DNA of 61,643 nt, the filler included, from Sphacelaria rigidula (lineage: Eukaryota), in assembly GCA_964200075.2 (NCBI GenBank). It is 9 parts of 9 records of this genome, joined end to end, with 100 filler letters (N's around TTAATTAATTAA, not from the genome) between each part and the next. Parts side by side here need not be neighbours in the genome. Positions count along the whole stretch, not along the records: positions 34,305 to 41,064 come from CAXNAA020018215.1; positions 41,165 to 47,924 come from CAXNAA020018216.1; positions 48,025 to 54,784 come from CAXNAA020018217.1; 6 more parts are not named here. One strand, 5' to 3'. Shown piece after piece: positions 38,337-51,800 of this stretch. Under the pieces are notes generated by a model. The model made no database searches and had not been told where the DNA came from. It worked only from the letters and a program-made list of their open reading frames with translations. The translations under genes and the position numbers were made by a program. Each line of letters starts with the position of its first letter. The stretch's first letter is position 1.

Positions 38337-38626
38337 CTGATGATATACGCGGAGACCCAGATTGCGCGCGACGGTGAAATGATTGAGTATGAGTGGGGTG
38401 ATCGACAGCTTCCGAACCCCGCAATTTCATCATACCAACTTATTTATGGTTCTGGGAGGTATTCGAGTTCGCACACACCTTGGCCAAGGACGACCGCATG
38501 TGCGGGGGACGGCGCTAGGGTTCATCTGGTTGAGCTCAAGAGGAAGTCAACGTCGTAACATTAATCTTGGCTGCACGAAATGTTTCGTCCACGCCCAGTG
38601 CTGCGAAACACACCCCATGAGCTTAC

Positions 38627-38820
38627 CTCGAGTGAGAACCGTTGGACTCTTCCACAGCCTTCCGCGGAGTCGTAGAGACGAAGCGCCTGTGCTCGTACTT
38701 ATCCCGAATCCACTTCTCGCGCTCGCGGACCGTGGCGTGCTCGCGAGGCACGGGGTAGCCCGCGGGGACGTTAGCCTCGAAGTGGGCCTTGGCACGCGCG
38801 TTGCCCATCTCCTCCATCCC
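38627..38820 (-). CDS. ArfGAP exon
   Basis: Encodes GMEEMGNARAKAHFEANVP...REKWIRDKYEHRRF, the ArfGAP domain C-terminal half; phase-consistent with neighbours. Confidence 0.93.
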
Positions 38821-39329
38821 CTAGAAGAGAAGATCAGCACGTTGACGACGGCGTAAGTGTAGAATGTATGAACGAATGAGCCAACATAAACGCCCTCCCA
38901 ACCCAGAGGACGTTTGGGAGCACGGCCGGTGCAGAAGAACGGGCGCGAGTAGTGAAGCGGTCCGAACAGACCGGCATGTATCGTAACTTCGTGTGTGGGT
39001 AAGTTAGGAATTGACCAGCGAGCACCTCTCTAGCCGATGGCGGTTCGTCGACTAAATAGCGCTCAAGACAGAGAATATGACGCGGCTCGGGGCCACGCTG
39101 CCACAGGTTGGATGCGCTGTGTCGCTTGTGGTACTATATACATCGCTACTGCTCACCAGCGGGTTGAAAAGAGCACTGAACATGTCGGTTTTACCGCCAC
39201 CCTGGTTCAATCACCCTCGCTTTTCAACAATATGTCAATACAATCGTGATGTTATCAGAATGTTCCATGCGCAGTCATGGTCATTCCGCTTGCGATGCCA
39301 ACAGTTAGGGCATCCGTAACCGCCTCTAC

Positions 39330-39463
39330 CTTCACTTGAGCTGGTTTCCACACATCCAGGTTGACGCTGCGCACGAACGAGATGTGCACTCCCAAGTTAC
39401 GGTGCACCCCCGAGCAGTCCAGGCAGATGAACAGCCCGAGATTTACGGACGCCCAGCGCGGCT
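39330..39463 (-). CDS. ArfGAP (SMAP/AGD-like), ArfGAP-domain exon
   Basis: Encodes [44 protein letters not shown], the canonical ArfGAP zinc finger second half with the catalytic Arg; AG/GT boundaries. Confidence 0.93.
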
Positions 39464-40681
39464 CTGAAGAGAAAATAAGCCCACCAGTGAGAGAGAAGAA
39501 GAGGTCGATACGCGGTTCGCAAATTGATACGAGCGATATGTTGGTTATGCACCTACACGGCAGCTTGCACAAAAAATGAAGTATTAGCCAAAAGGGCGAA
39601 ACGCAGAAGCAGAGGCACACGAGGCTGCCGTGTGCCTTCCAGGCAGAGGTTCTTTCGTCTGCCTGAAGTGATGATTTTGCCTCTAAGAAATATCTTGTTC
39701 GCTGGAAGCGGGTTGCACCAAGAAACTCGACTCCTCCACCACAAACGGTTGAAACATCTAGAGCGAGGACCCTTCGCTTCGAACACATCCACCTCCATGG
39801 TGAGATCATGACGGACACCGTGCCGTCGCTGCGACGCACTCCATGCCGAAGCTGCCGAAAAACATTTGACACGATTAAGCCACACTACAGTCGTTTTGCT
39901 TTGATTTTTGCCGCGATCGCCATTTCACAAATATGAAAGGCGTGCGGCTACCAAACATCCTGTCATATCTACTGTTCAAACGGTTCTAAGTAATGTGATT
40001 TCATTCCCGTTTTAAATCTCTCATGCACTCAGAATGAGCGTTATGGAGTATGACCTATCTCCGCAAACTTTTTCAGAGATATTCCTAGTTTTCTTTTTTC
40101 CAGTCTCTGACCGTGTCTTGTAAAAATCGACTCGAAAACGTGCGGTGGAATCCAAGTGGTGGTAATTACAGTAGCTCGTATCTAATATGTCCACATATTT
40201 ATGTTCTCAGATGGCTTCAAGTCTATCTCATAATTATCTACGCGGGACGGGCAGGGTGCAAAACGGAAAGCTTGGCTTTTGCGATCGAAAACACACGGAG
40301 GGAAGCTACGAAGGGGCACTTGACACCCATCTTGCAGATCACTACATCAGATACCACCCGTTCACAGAACGATGTAAACCCCATACAATTCATTCTCAGC
40401 AACCACCGCAACCCAGCAGCCTAGAACACGAGTTGAGCACAGGCACAAATATAATGCGGTAGTTAGGTATGATCTGTTCATCTCATGTTGGCGAGACTTG
40501 AGTATGTTCTTTCGTGGTAGGGATCGGTGACGGAACTGCGTCGTAGGGTGAACGACCGACTTGCGAACACGTTCATGAACAGTATACTGTAGGCAGTACC
40601 AAGATGCACGTTGTTCAAATCTTCTTCACACCCTTCTGTAAGAAGAGGGTATCAACAATACTGTGCTGTCTGTACTGTACG

Positions 40682-41064
40682 CAGTGTTGTGAACCGAAAA
40701 CCGAAAATTCGGTTTTCGGTCGGTTTTTGCCAACCGAAACCGGGTTTTCAAAATCGGTTTTTCGGTTGCCAAAAACCGACTCGTTTTTTTCAAAAGTGTC
40801 CCTTAAGCAAATATCGGCCGAACCATGGATCCATGTAAACACCCACAGGCACGGACGGCGCTACAGCCCACATCCCACACAGTCCACATCGCTAGCCTAC
40901 AACACATACAGCAGCAGCAGCAGCAGCAGTTGCGCAGGGATACTCATGTCTAGTTTAGGCGGCAGTGCTGACTCTGCACCGGAGGCAGCACAGAAGCGAA
41001 ACCGACTTTCACCCGAGAACGCCAACAACCTCATCTTCCTCCATGGATGCCACCCGGTTGGGTG
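40682..41064 (+). mobile_element. hAT DNA transposon remnant
   Basis: Terminus CAGTGTTGTGAACCG followed by dense AACCG/CGGTT subterminal repeats, then KRNRLSPENANNLIFLH, matching the end of the hAT dimerisation domain. Confidence 0.75.
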
Positions 41065-41319
41065 NNNNNNNNNNNNNNNNNNNNNNNNNNNNNNNNNNNN
41101 NNNNNNNNTTAATTAATTAANNNNNNNNNNNNNNNNNNNNNNNNNNNNNNNNNNNNNNNNNNNNCGGGGGTCCTGCGAAAATACGACCCCAGGCTCTATC
41201 TTTTCGGTATTTTCGGTGGACCGACTCGATTCGGATCATATAAATGAAGACTCAGAGATGATTTTTTTCTTGAAATTCCACCTAGTCACTGCGCCAAAGC
41301 AGGAAAGCTATATTCTTGG

Positions 41320-41730
41320 ACCATTTACGGTCAATAACATCGTCCTGATAAATGGGGTCTTTAACCGGTATCACCCCCACGACACCAACTTGGGCGATTG
41401 TGATTTGAGCATGGTTTGCTTATTTTGCCAAAACTATCGACGCTGGCACTATCGAGTGCTCATGGAAAATTTATGCGAAAACCCCCCGAAAATAGGCCAT
41501 CCACAGAAAATGCTAGACTGAGGTCTGTGCAGTATAGGAAGGGAACACGATCTCGATCGTTATTGTGAAGAATTTCGTTCGTATTAATTTATCTGAATAT
41601 TCACCGTTTCGTCGCTGAAGAGCGGGAAAACTGCTTATATTAGACCAAAAATGGTCAATAACACCCTCCTGATAAACGGGGTATCAAGTCCGTATCGCCT
41701 CAAAGACACCAACTTGAGCACAGCAGTTTG
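41320..41730 (+). repeat. Diverged direct duplication (period ~320 bp)
   Basis: GGTCAATAACA...CCTGATAAA.GGGGT...GACACCAACTTG occurs at ~41330 and ~41652. Confidence 0.75.
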
Positions 41731-42657
41731 AGCGCGGCCTACGCTTTCTCCCTAAATCTACCAGCGCTAGCACTTTCAAGTAGTAGTGAAGAATAGTACT
41801 CAAGAAAAACGAAAAAAATAAAACAACTACGAATTCTGAAAACTTCTGATGCTGAATACTATAAAAACGTTCTAAGCAGAAGTGGATGTGCCGCGCGTGT
41901 GCGGAACCCGTTTTGTTGGTCTTTTCGCTCTCGTCGTCGGAAAACGTGCGAACGAAGGTCGGCTGGAAGCCATGCGATGATTCATCCACGGTCGGGCTGC
42001 TTGATAGCTGATCCACCGTTCGTTAATTTTATTTCATATGTCTTGATTTTTTGTTACTCGCCTCAGTTCCACCCCTGTCCCTTCTACTTTGGCCGCAGGT
42101 TATCGCTACCGTGGTGCGCTCGTGTGCATACAGTTGTGTGTGAGGGTCAGGACGAGTCCCTGGCCTCAACGTATTTAACGTGTTTACCTCTTCCCCAGTG
42201 CACGCCTTATATTTTGTTGTCGCTTCCCCAGTATCAGCACTCGCGCATTGCATCGACAGTCATCATATATATATATATATTGCTGGTCACATCTGCTCGT
42301 TTCCAACGACGGTAATCATATGTTTTTCAGGGAAAACCCAAATACAACTGCGGGGAGTCGCACTTATGTTACTCCGACCCAGCCGTCTCTGCTGTAATGT
42401 AAGACCACGGGACCTTGGCAACACGAGATAAACGCCAAATACACACGACTGCACCGTGGCGGGGCAGAAACGGAACGATTGATTCCATTGAGAGTATGGA
42501 CTCGTCCCGAGGAGCTTGGGGGGTAGGATCAATGATCGGGGGGATACAATTTTCATGTGGCCGTTGACGCATACAAGGCTCAAACGGTCAACACATGCCC
42601 TGGGATTGGAACTATCAGAAAATAAAGGGAGATTCTGTGCTTGCTCTTGTTCACTAA

Positions 42658-42861
<204 letters not shown>

Positions 42862-43785
42862 TAGGGGGAACACTAAAGAACGTGGGGGCCCCAGCATAGT
42901 GCGGTGGATCGGCAGCCCGCCATTAATGCACATGCTGGAACATCGCTCTATTCTGGTACAGTACGAATACTTCTTATGAGTCTACCGGATAAGACCTGTG
43001 ACCAAAATTTGAACCGCACTATGGTGGGACCCCAAATGTAGACGGTTATAGTGGAGATATACACGGTCCAAATCATCGGCCGGTCGCGAGAGTGGCTTCG
43101 ATAAAGTACAGCCTTGGGGGTCATTAATGTACTGTAGTACGTTTCACGTCCTACACGCCTACTCACAAGCCCAAATAAGGTGCGTCTTTAACTGGCGTCA
43201 TTGTTCATTCTTGTCCGGGGATTGCCTGCTGAGTGCGTGAGGCACTCCATTCCCCTCTATCATTCTTCGCTATGCCGGTTGATTTCTTGACCTAAAACAG
43301 TCCCTGACATGAACCGCCCAACTCCTCTTCACTAGAGAAAATAGTATCACACGTACGTTCTGTGAACTCTTTTCACCCTTGGTATAGTGGGTGTGTATCC
43401 TTTATCCGTGAGTCCTCTCACACATGGGTATGGTAGGTGCATCGTTCAGGTTCAGACGCCGGCTTGATCCCCCGCCCCCACCCATGCCCCCGCCCGTTGA
43501 GCTTCCTTTGAAGGGAGCGCGGAGAGGCCTGGGGTAAAACCATAGGGGTTCGAGTACGTTCGGTGTTGAAGGGCGCGGGTTGTCTAGCCCGTCGAATGGT
43601 CTGGTTGTTTGCCTCGTGTCGGCATCTGTGTGTGCGTCTAATCTTGTACATGCATGATGATTCCTGTTGTCGCTCGTTGCTCTCTTCTTGTAACATTAGA
43701 TCTTGTTGCTTATGTTAGCCGTCGTTATTGCTGGCATGGCTGTTGCATGCGAGTATTGCTGTTTTGTTTGCTCTCCTTGCTATAA

Positions 43786-44382
<597 letters not shown>

Positions 44383-45116
44383 TAGCGCGCAGATATCACC
44401 TGCACTCAATCAATCGGTCGTGACGGTTCCTCGCGCGCAGATTATCGCTGACGAGTCAACTCAGACATTACGAGGATATGATCACGGTTTCTCGGGGGCA
44501 GATGCCACCGACAATCAATGAAACGATGAAGATATCGCCAATGGGTACTGGCCCCCTCTGGAAGCTGAGTCTGCCCCGCAATGCTGGGGATCACGCAGAG
44601 TGAACCGCCCATTGACGCTGGTACTGGGCAGTATTGTGTCTCTCGGGCGCACGTGTGACCGCTGTATACGTACACCCCTGCCTTGTTCTCTCCCTGTAAT
44701 GTTCGCCATAATTTGAATCATTCCGCTTCTTCCTGAGGATGAGTTCGTTCTCTCCCCGGCACACACCTTTCATTTTGGTATGCGAACTGGATAATGACCA
44801 ACGCTTCCGCACCGCGCCGACTCTAGTCAAATCGATTTCACTTGCTGCGTACTCACGTCCTTGCATTATTTCAGCTACGGATATCAGACACTTGTCAGAA
44901 ACACACACACATATATAAATGTATATCCACACAAACACGTGCTCAGACGCACTCGCCTGCATCTGCCGAGATTGGAACCCTCAATATTCCGGCTACATGG
45001 TTCCAGTGGGATGAGGTCGTTCACTAGGGCGCGACGGTCAGTCTGTGTTCGTAAGGTCTGCTTTTTCAATACTGGGGCATCAGCCAGGAATGAGTGTGTT
45101 CATTGGGCGCACCTAC

Positions 45117-45226
45117 GTAGTTAGCCTGTGACCACAGAAGGCGTAAGAGTCCGATGCCCAGTACAGAGTACTGCGCAGATATCGGAACGGTTTCTAATGT
45201 GAAGACAATAACAACAACAACAACGA
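45117..45226 (+). mobile_element. Non-LTR retroposon 3' end with (ACA)n tail
   Basis: Third copy of the family at 11206 and 18131. Confidence 0.7.
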
Positions 45227-45276
45227 CGTAAATATTAAAGCATCGCTGTGTCCAGATATGAAATATACGAAGGGTG

Positions 45277-45527
45277 GGACGAATTAGTGATTCGTTTGGA
45301 AATCACTTGATTTTAGTGTAGTTGATTCGTACCGCATGAATCAATCCTTGGACTATGTTTTCAGCGTTGAAACCCAGGTACGCGCAGCCCGGGAACGTGG
45401 AATGGCGCACAAACTGCGTGGAGACCTCTCCCACCAGCGGCCAACCTTTTGTATATCTCTTGAGCAAATCTGGCCTGAAAAATCGTGGATTTGGTGACTC
45501 GAACCGCCGATGATTCGTTCGAATCGT
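45277..45527 (+). repeat. Intronic repeat, inverted partner of 47178-47426
   Basis: About 250 bp alignable by eye with the reverse complement of 47178-47426. Confidence 0.85.
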
Positions 45528-46327
45528 AAAATACACCCTGTGTGAGTCATCGAACTTGATTCAGACTGCCCCACACTATGGCCCAGTGCTTGCAAAAGCG
45601 ATGTACTGCACCTGCAAGTGGCATGTCACACTCCGTATTGGTTCGATACTTTTTTCCTGTACAGGAATACTGCGAATATGTCGAACGACTGGATTGGTCC
45701 CGTGTTCCCTAGTATTTTCAACTTTCAAGAGCAGTGCCACTACGGCCCATCTGATACCTCACTCGCCCACAGTCATTTACGGCAGACGGTTGCTGGTTCG
45801 AATCCCGAAATTAATATGACCTTACTCTAGCAAAATAATCTGAGTTCCGTCGGGAACAAACGTTGGGACATTGGTAGCCAAGGAAACTTCAACGAACGTC
45901 GAGGTGGCGCGGGAATGCCAATGCATATTTGTGACACCAACGTGTCCGGCGGGTACCGACGGGATTGGATGAGTCGGTCATTCCTTGAGACTACCCGCTG
46001 TTCTTGAAGAGTGACAGGGTTTAAACGTCGGACAGGAAAAGACGAGAGCGTCAGTAGTGAGGTAGTCGCTAGTTTGTGTTGTGTTATTTCGGGTAAATCT
46101 TGATCTATACCACAAGTGAGTGCTGTACCTTACTACCAAGTTGATGGCGTGGTTTGTGTGAGTGTTCGGCTTCGGAGATACATTCTTTTAATCATGTTTC
46201 GGAGGAAGCCACGCGTGCATAGTTATGTATATGTGTGTGTAGAGTGTTTCGATGCTACTAAAACTCAATAACCCCCCCCCCCCCCGACGCGCGCCCTGTA
46301 TGTCACCCGCTACTTGATTCCCGCCAG

Positions 46328-46521
46328 AAATCTGCCAACGAGCTGCCATGAATGCTATTCGGGAAAGCGTACGCCACGAGATTAATTCGGCCTACAAAGC
46401 CGAGCAGAGGGAGAAAAGACGCAGGGAGGCGGAGGAAGATGGTGATCAGCTGCCGGGCGAAGAAGATGAGGATGTAGTGAAGGAAGATCCGGTGCCGGCT
46501 ATTACGAGGGCCCATTTCGAG
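46328..46521 (+). CDS. CDC48: CDC48/p97 exon
   Basis: Encodes (E)ICQRAAMNAIRESVRHEI...EDPVPAITRAHFE, matching p97 'EICQRACKLAIRESI...DPVPEIRRDHFE'. Confidence 0.92.
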
Positions 46522-47177
46522 GTAACCGCTTTTTGTCGATTGCTCAGGGGTTTATGTGCATATGATGTATTTTTTGTTTTATTTACCATATGCTTACTAT
46601 TGTTTCGTGCCCTTTGTGCGATGCGGATACATCGTCGATCTACGTTTTTTTTTGTTCAATTTTCTTCATCATTGTATTCCTTGTTGTCCTTATTTTAACA
46701 ACTATTTCATCTAATATTTTCCCTTTTGTTTTCTCTTTTGTTGAGGCAGCGAGGGGTTTTGCTTGTGCGTTGATATTCCGTGTGTAAGCGTTTTGTTTTC
46801 GGTTCCAGTTGCTGCCCATGGTGACAGTGTCATTATCCAGTGTTTTTTGTGTGTGTTTTCCTCTACCGTAGAGGTGTGTTCAAGTTTCGTTTTTGGCCCC
46901 CTTTCCATCGGATCTCTATCACCCATGCCTTCGGGGTCGCACCGCCGCTGTGTATGTACGTATACGTCTGGTGGGTATTTGAGGGTACTGTGATGCGACC
47001 CCGTTCTTTTGAGAACCGTACTGTGGCGGGACCCCCACTCTGGTTGCTTCTCTGTGTTGCAGGTCCCTGGTCTACTGTGCGGGCTATGTTTGGTAATCTG
47101 TGCGGGCTATGTTCAGCTTGATTCTCATGAGCATGGTGATGCAACAATGCTCAATATCACGATGTGAAAAGGTTCCC

Positions 47178-47426
47178 CGGGTCGGACGAATCATCGCCGG
47201 TTCGAATAACCAAATCCACGATTTTTAAGGCCTGGTTGCTCGGAAGAGAGAAATAAGTTGACCGCTGGCCAAAAAGGTCTCCACGCAATGTTTGCGCCAC
47301 TCCACGTGCCTGGGCTGCGCATACGTGGTTTTCAACACTGAAGAACAAAGCCTGAGGATTGATTCGCACTGTACGAACCAATCGCACTAAAATGAAGTAC
47401 TTTCCAGACGAATCATGAATTCGTCC
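47178..47426 (-). repeat. Intronic repeat, inverted partner of 45277-45527
   Basis: Reverse complement aligns with 45277-45527. Confidence 0.85.
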
Positions 47427-48889
47427 GACCCTTGAAAGGTTCCCACGAGATTTTTTTTATCTTTTTTCCCCTGGGGAGGGTTGAGGCGGTGTTGTTGAAA
47501 TGCTTGGAGGAGAAGACGCGAAAAACGCGCCGTCGCCGGGGTCGTGAAACTCGCATTTGTTCGTGAGATATTGATGCTGTTCATGCAGCACCAGCAACAC
47601 GCCCATTTAACGGATCGTCGAGATACAACTCGAGACTACCTCCGTCGTAATGGTCGCAGCAACATGCTAAACTGTCCAATAGTTGAGACACAGTGCAGCA
47701 TCAACGTTTGAGTGATTCACGGCTAGGTGTAGCTCCACTCGACCAGGCAAAAACTGGCACACCTCCACGCACGGTAGAGGGAGCAAACGAGAATTCTCTG
47801 TCCTCCCTCCCCCTCACAGGACAGATCCCTCCCCCCCCCCTCTGCTTGGACACCCATGAGGCAGTGTAAAAGCCGTGGCTGTCTCTGGAAGTGGCGATAC
47901 TACAGAATGAAGCAACTCATTGTANNNNNNNNNNNNNNNNNNNNNNNNNNNNNNNNNNNNNNNNNNNNTTAATTAATTAANNNNNNNNNNNNNNNNNNNN
48001 NNNNNNNNNNNNNNNNNNNNNNNNTCAACCACGTCGATGTACTTTGAAAAAACGAACTCTTTCGTTTCCAAAGGTGTTCCGAATTTGGGTACATAATAAC
48101 ATATGTGATATCAATACCGAGTGTGACCTCTATAGGCAAACGTCTCAGACGGGAGGTAGAGTAGATCAACGAAAGCTCCAGATCGCAGCTGACGCACCCC
48201 TCTGCACGATGCTAGCAACAGTTAAGTCACCACCGTAGGAATCTTTTTTCACTCTGCATGTCAAGAAGGTCTTCACAAGTGTTTGATCTCTCGTGCACTC
48301 CCCCCAACTCGCGTGTGGTCAAGCGCTCGGTCGGGGTGGCGGACAATCGACGATGAATAACACCCCCTAAGTTCATATTGGATCTATCTGGTTTTGCAGC
48401 AGCACCGTCCTTACGGGCATGTGTGTGACAGAGAACAGTAGTAGCGGTGACGGAAATATTGCCCTGTTTTTCAGGGACATGTTCTTCAGCGCACAGAGGC
48501 GCGTGTTGTCCAAAAAGAGAGCCAGAGAGAAACTGATCTTCGCATCGATGATGAGGTGCTCAGGCAAGACGAAGAGACGACGGAAACTCTCCGCAGCTTG
48601 GTGTTTCGGGACATGGAAAATTTGGCGCATGCTGGTAAGGTCAATGATGCCAGTCTCTCGAGCGATTGGTAATCGCCGGCAAGGACACACAAAAGACGCG
48701 GGCAAGGAGCTTCCTCTCTGTCGTTGCTTCTCTCTCTGGTGATATCGCCATCGACACGCGTGTACACCGCATTCGTTGGGCGCACCTAGCCCGACCTGCC
48801 CAACTCCTCCTGCGGAGTGTTGCGGGAAAACACCTTCCTTTCGTGTTACTGTTTGGTATTTTCCCAACGGAAGCTATTTGCGGGTTGAA

Positions 48890-51800
48890 CCTCATTTTAC
48901 AGTTCAACCCCAAAAATTAGGATGAGCTGTTTATTGTCGTGGGTGTGCTCCCTTACTCGTCTGGCTAGCTCCGTCCGTGGCCAGCGTAAAATTCCATCCG
49001 CGAGTACGTTTGGAATCCCTTGAATGTGTTTCGCCTCGTGGCTCCACCCCACGGTGATTTCCAGCCTCCCGAGAGTTCTCATGAGTAACCCTGCGCATTA
49101 TCTTTTGCACCCCCACACCGGTTGACCCACGTGACTGCCGCTACGTTGTCCCTGCGCATTAAGATTGGGTCGCCCTGATTTTCAGGTTCGTCGTTTACCA
49201 ATTCGTGCATGACCCAAGCCGTGACTACCATCCCCAGGAGTTCCAAGAGGTTAATCGTGATCGTGCATGTTTCGCGAAGTTGAGCTTTTCTTTTGAGTTC
49301 TGCGGTAAGTTCCGGTGGTAAGCCGTATCTCCAGTATGTCTTTTTTTCTGGGCAGTAGCCGCCTACGGCTTCGAAGCTTGCGTCCGAGAGGTAGTGTCGG
49401 TGGGGAGGACGCTTTACTATGGAGTAGCAGGGTGCACTCAGAGACTCACCATACTGCAGTAGTTTTCCTCGATCGCCTACTTCCAAAAGTTCAGGTCGGC
49501 GTGAAATTCTTTTCCTACCTCTACTATGCGGCTCTGGTTGTCTCTCGCTCTAGAATCGTGGAGCCCCGCAAGTCGCAGAGTCCTCCATACGAAATATTTA
49601 CCTGGTCGCATTGCGTATGTGAGGTTCCACAGCTTTCCTGCCAGGCTCAATATTTCTCGGGCAGTCGCTGAACGTCGAGTGGGGGGCCACTCGGTTAGCA
49701 ACGTCTGTCGGAGCGCCTCGACCTTCTCGCGGGATACGGAAACCCGCATAGTGTGCGAATTAATGGTCAGGCCCAACGCCTCTATCTCGGTATCCCAATC
49801 TGTACTCTTTTGGGGGGCTAGAATAGGTGTCTCGCCTTCTTCTCCGTTGCCGGAGAGTCTGATGTGGTCGGATGCGAGGGGCGCGGACGCCATCAATGCG
49901 CTCGTGTCGTCATCGGAGTGCTGTATGCGAATCTGCAGGTAGTCGTCTACGTACACTGCCGTGAAGAAATTGTCATGTAAACCTCCTGCTGGGTGTAGGG
50001 TGGTCGTAGAATCTTTTGGAATTGGTGTGGGATCCCCCGTTTCCCACCTATTGACTATCTTTACGTGATTTTTCATCTCCTTGCCTTCTGGTAGTAGAAC
50101 TGCGTTGTCAATATTTGTGTTACAAAGGGCGTGTTCTACCGCCGATGCCAATACTCCCCAGAAACCTGGCGAGCCTGACCAGCCGAACGTGAGCCGGAAG
50201 TCACACACGATTAGGTTGTCCACAACGTAGCCGGATTGATGGGCGTGGTTTGGATCTATCCTCACATTATGGAACGCATCTGATACGTCTGCCTTTGCCA
50301 TTAGTATGCGTTTTTTGGGGGTATTTGTTTTCGCAACGGAATGAGCTCTTTGAGGAACTTCTGCAGCGCTTCTCCGCATAAACAAGCCGGCACGTCTTCA
50401 GAGTTTGTGTCACCGCTCAGCCCTCCTTTTCTTTTCCGAGCGCGTTGCGCGTCGAAAGAAAAGTCGTTGGTTATGCGGACTTTGTGTGTGGTTACTGCTC
50501 CTAGGGGGGGCAACCGCAGGTTCAGGATTTTTCGGGCGGCCGACTTTTCGACTATCAGACCCTTTCCCCTGCGTACATCATCTCCCAGTTTGTCCCAAAT
50601 TTTTGGTAGTTGATCGTGGGCGCTACTGTGGTTACCGTCCTGTAGTGCGCAGTCGAGGTTCTCTTGTGTGGGGAATGCAGTGACTGTCGTGCCGACGGGG
50701 ACACCTGTGGCTACGATAGTAACGAGTTCGTCTATCTGCGGGAAACCCTTGTTCTCCCCGAAATACTTCCTGATCTCGTCGGGTCTACCGTCGGCGTGAC
50801 TAGCGTTCCCCCGATAGACCTCGCGACATCCCCAATGCGTCCACCGTGTTTTTCTGTGATGCGCGTGCAGATATTTGCGAGTCTGTACAGAATGTCTTCT
50901 TTTTTCTTGGCTGTGATACCTGATTTTTTCAACTCTCCTTTTTCTGCGTACCACAGTGCTACTAGTTCAGCGTCAGATTGTCCCGCCTCATCTCCACCGT
51001 TAGGAGGCGACACCGCCGCCGACCCGCTAGATTGAAAACCAACACATGTGATACCTGTTTTCTGTCTGCCACCGGACGGGGAACTACTGGCTCCTTGATC
51101 CGTTGAGGGATTAGCAGCGGGGTAACTGGCCCCTGGTTCGCGGGAAGGGTAACTGGCCGTGTGTTCACTGACGTGGCAACTGATCCTACGATCACTGGTG
51201 GAATACCTGTCGTCGTGTCCACTGGAGGGGTAACTGGCCCCATAGTCAGAAATGGGGTAATAGCCCCATGTTCACTACTGGGGTAACTGGGCCCAGGGTC
51301 ACTACTGGGGTAACTGGCCCCAGGGTCAGTGAAGGGGTAACTGGCCCCATGATCACTTAAGGGGTAACTGGCCCCATGGTCACTACTGGGGTAACCGGCT
51401 CCACAGCTGGGGTAACTGGCCCCACGGTCGCTGCTGGGGTAACTGGTCCCATGATCACTTACGGGGTAACTGGCCACATGATCGTTCAAGGGGTGACTGG
51501 TCACATGATCGTTCAAGGGGTAACTGGCCCCATGTTCACTGAAGGGGTAACTGGCCCCACGGTCACTGAAGGGGTAACTGGCCCCACGGTCACTGAAGGG
51601 GTAACTGGCCCTACGGTCACTGAAGGGGCAGCTGGCCCCATGTCCGTGAATGGCGTAACTGGTCCCTGCTGCATGAAAAACTGGCGTGGCTTGTTCTAAT
51701 GTACCAGGGGGTACTGTTGTTGGCGGCGCTACGCCGACCGCCTGTGAGAGCGACACTGAATGGGTTTTCGCTGTCTGGTGGGTTAAGCGATCGTGTCCTG

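Noticed and set aside
49477..50954. Bacterial-type RT system (retron, DGR or group II intron)
   Set aside because: The RT is followed by a DIRS-type RNase H and preceded by a gag-like CCCH region; no template/variable repeat pair or msr-msd structure is visible.
51115..51670. CRISPR array or collagen-like gene on the + strand
   Set aside because: Head-to-tail 27-bp units without unique spacers, lying inside a minus-strand retroelement; no sustained Gly-X-Y periodicity.
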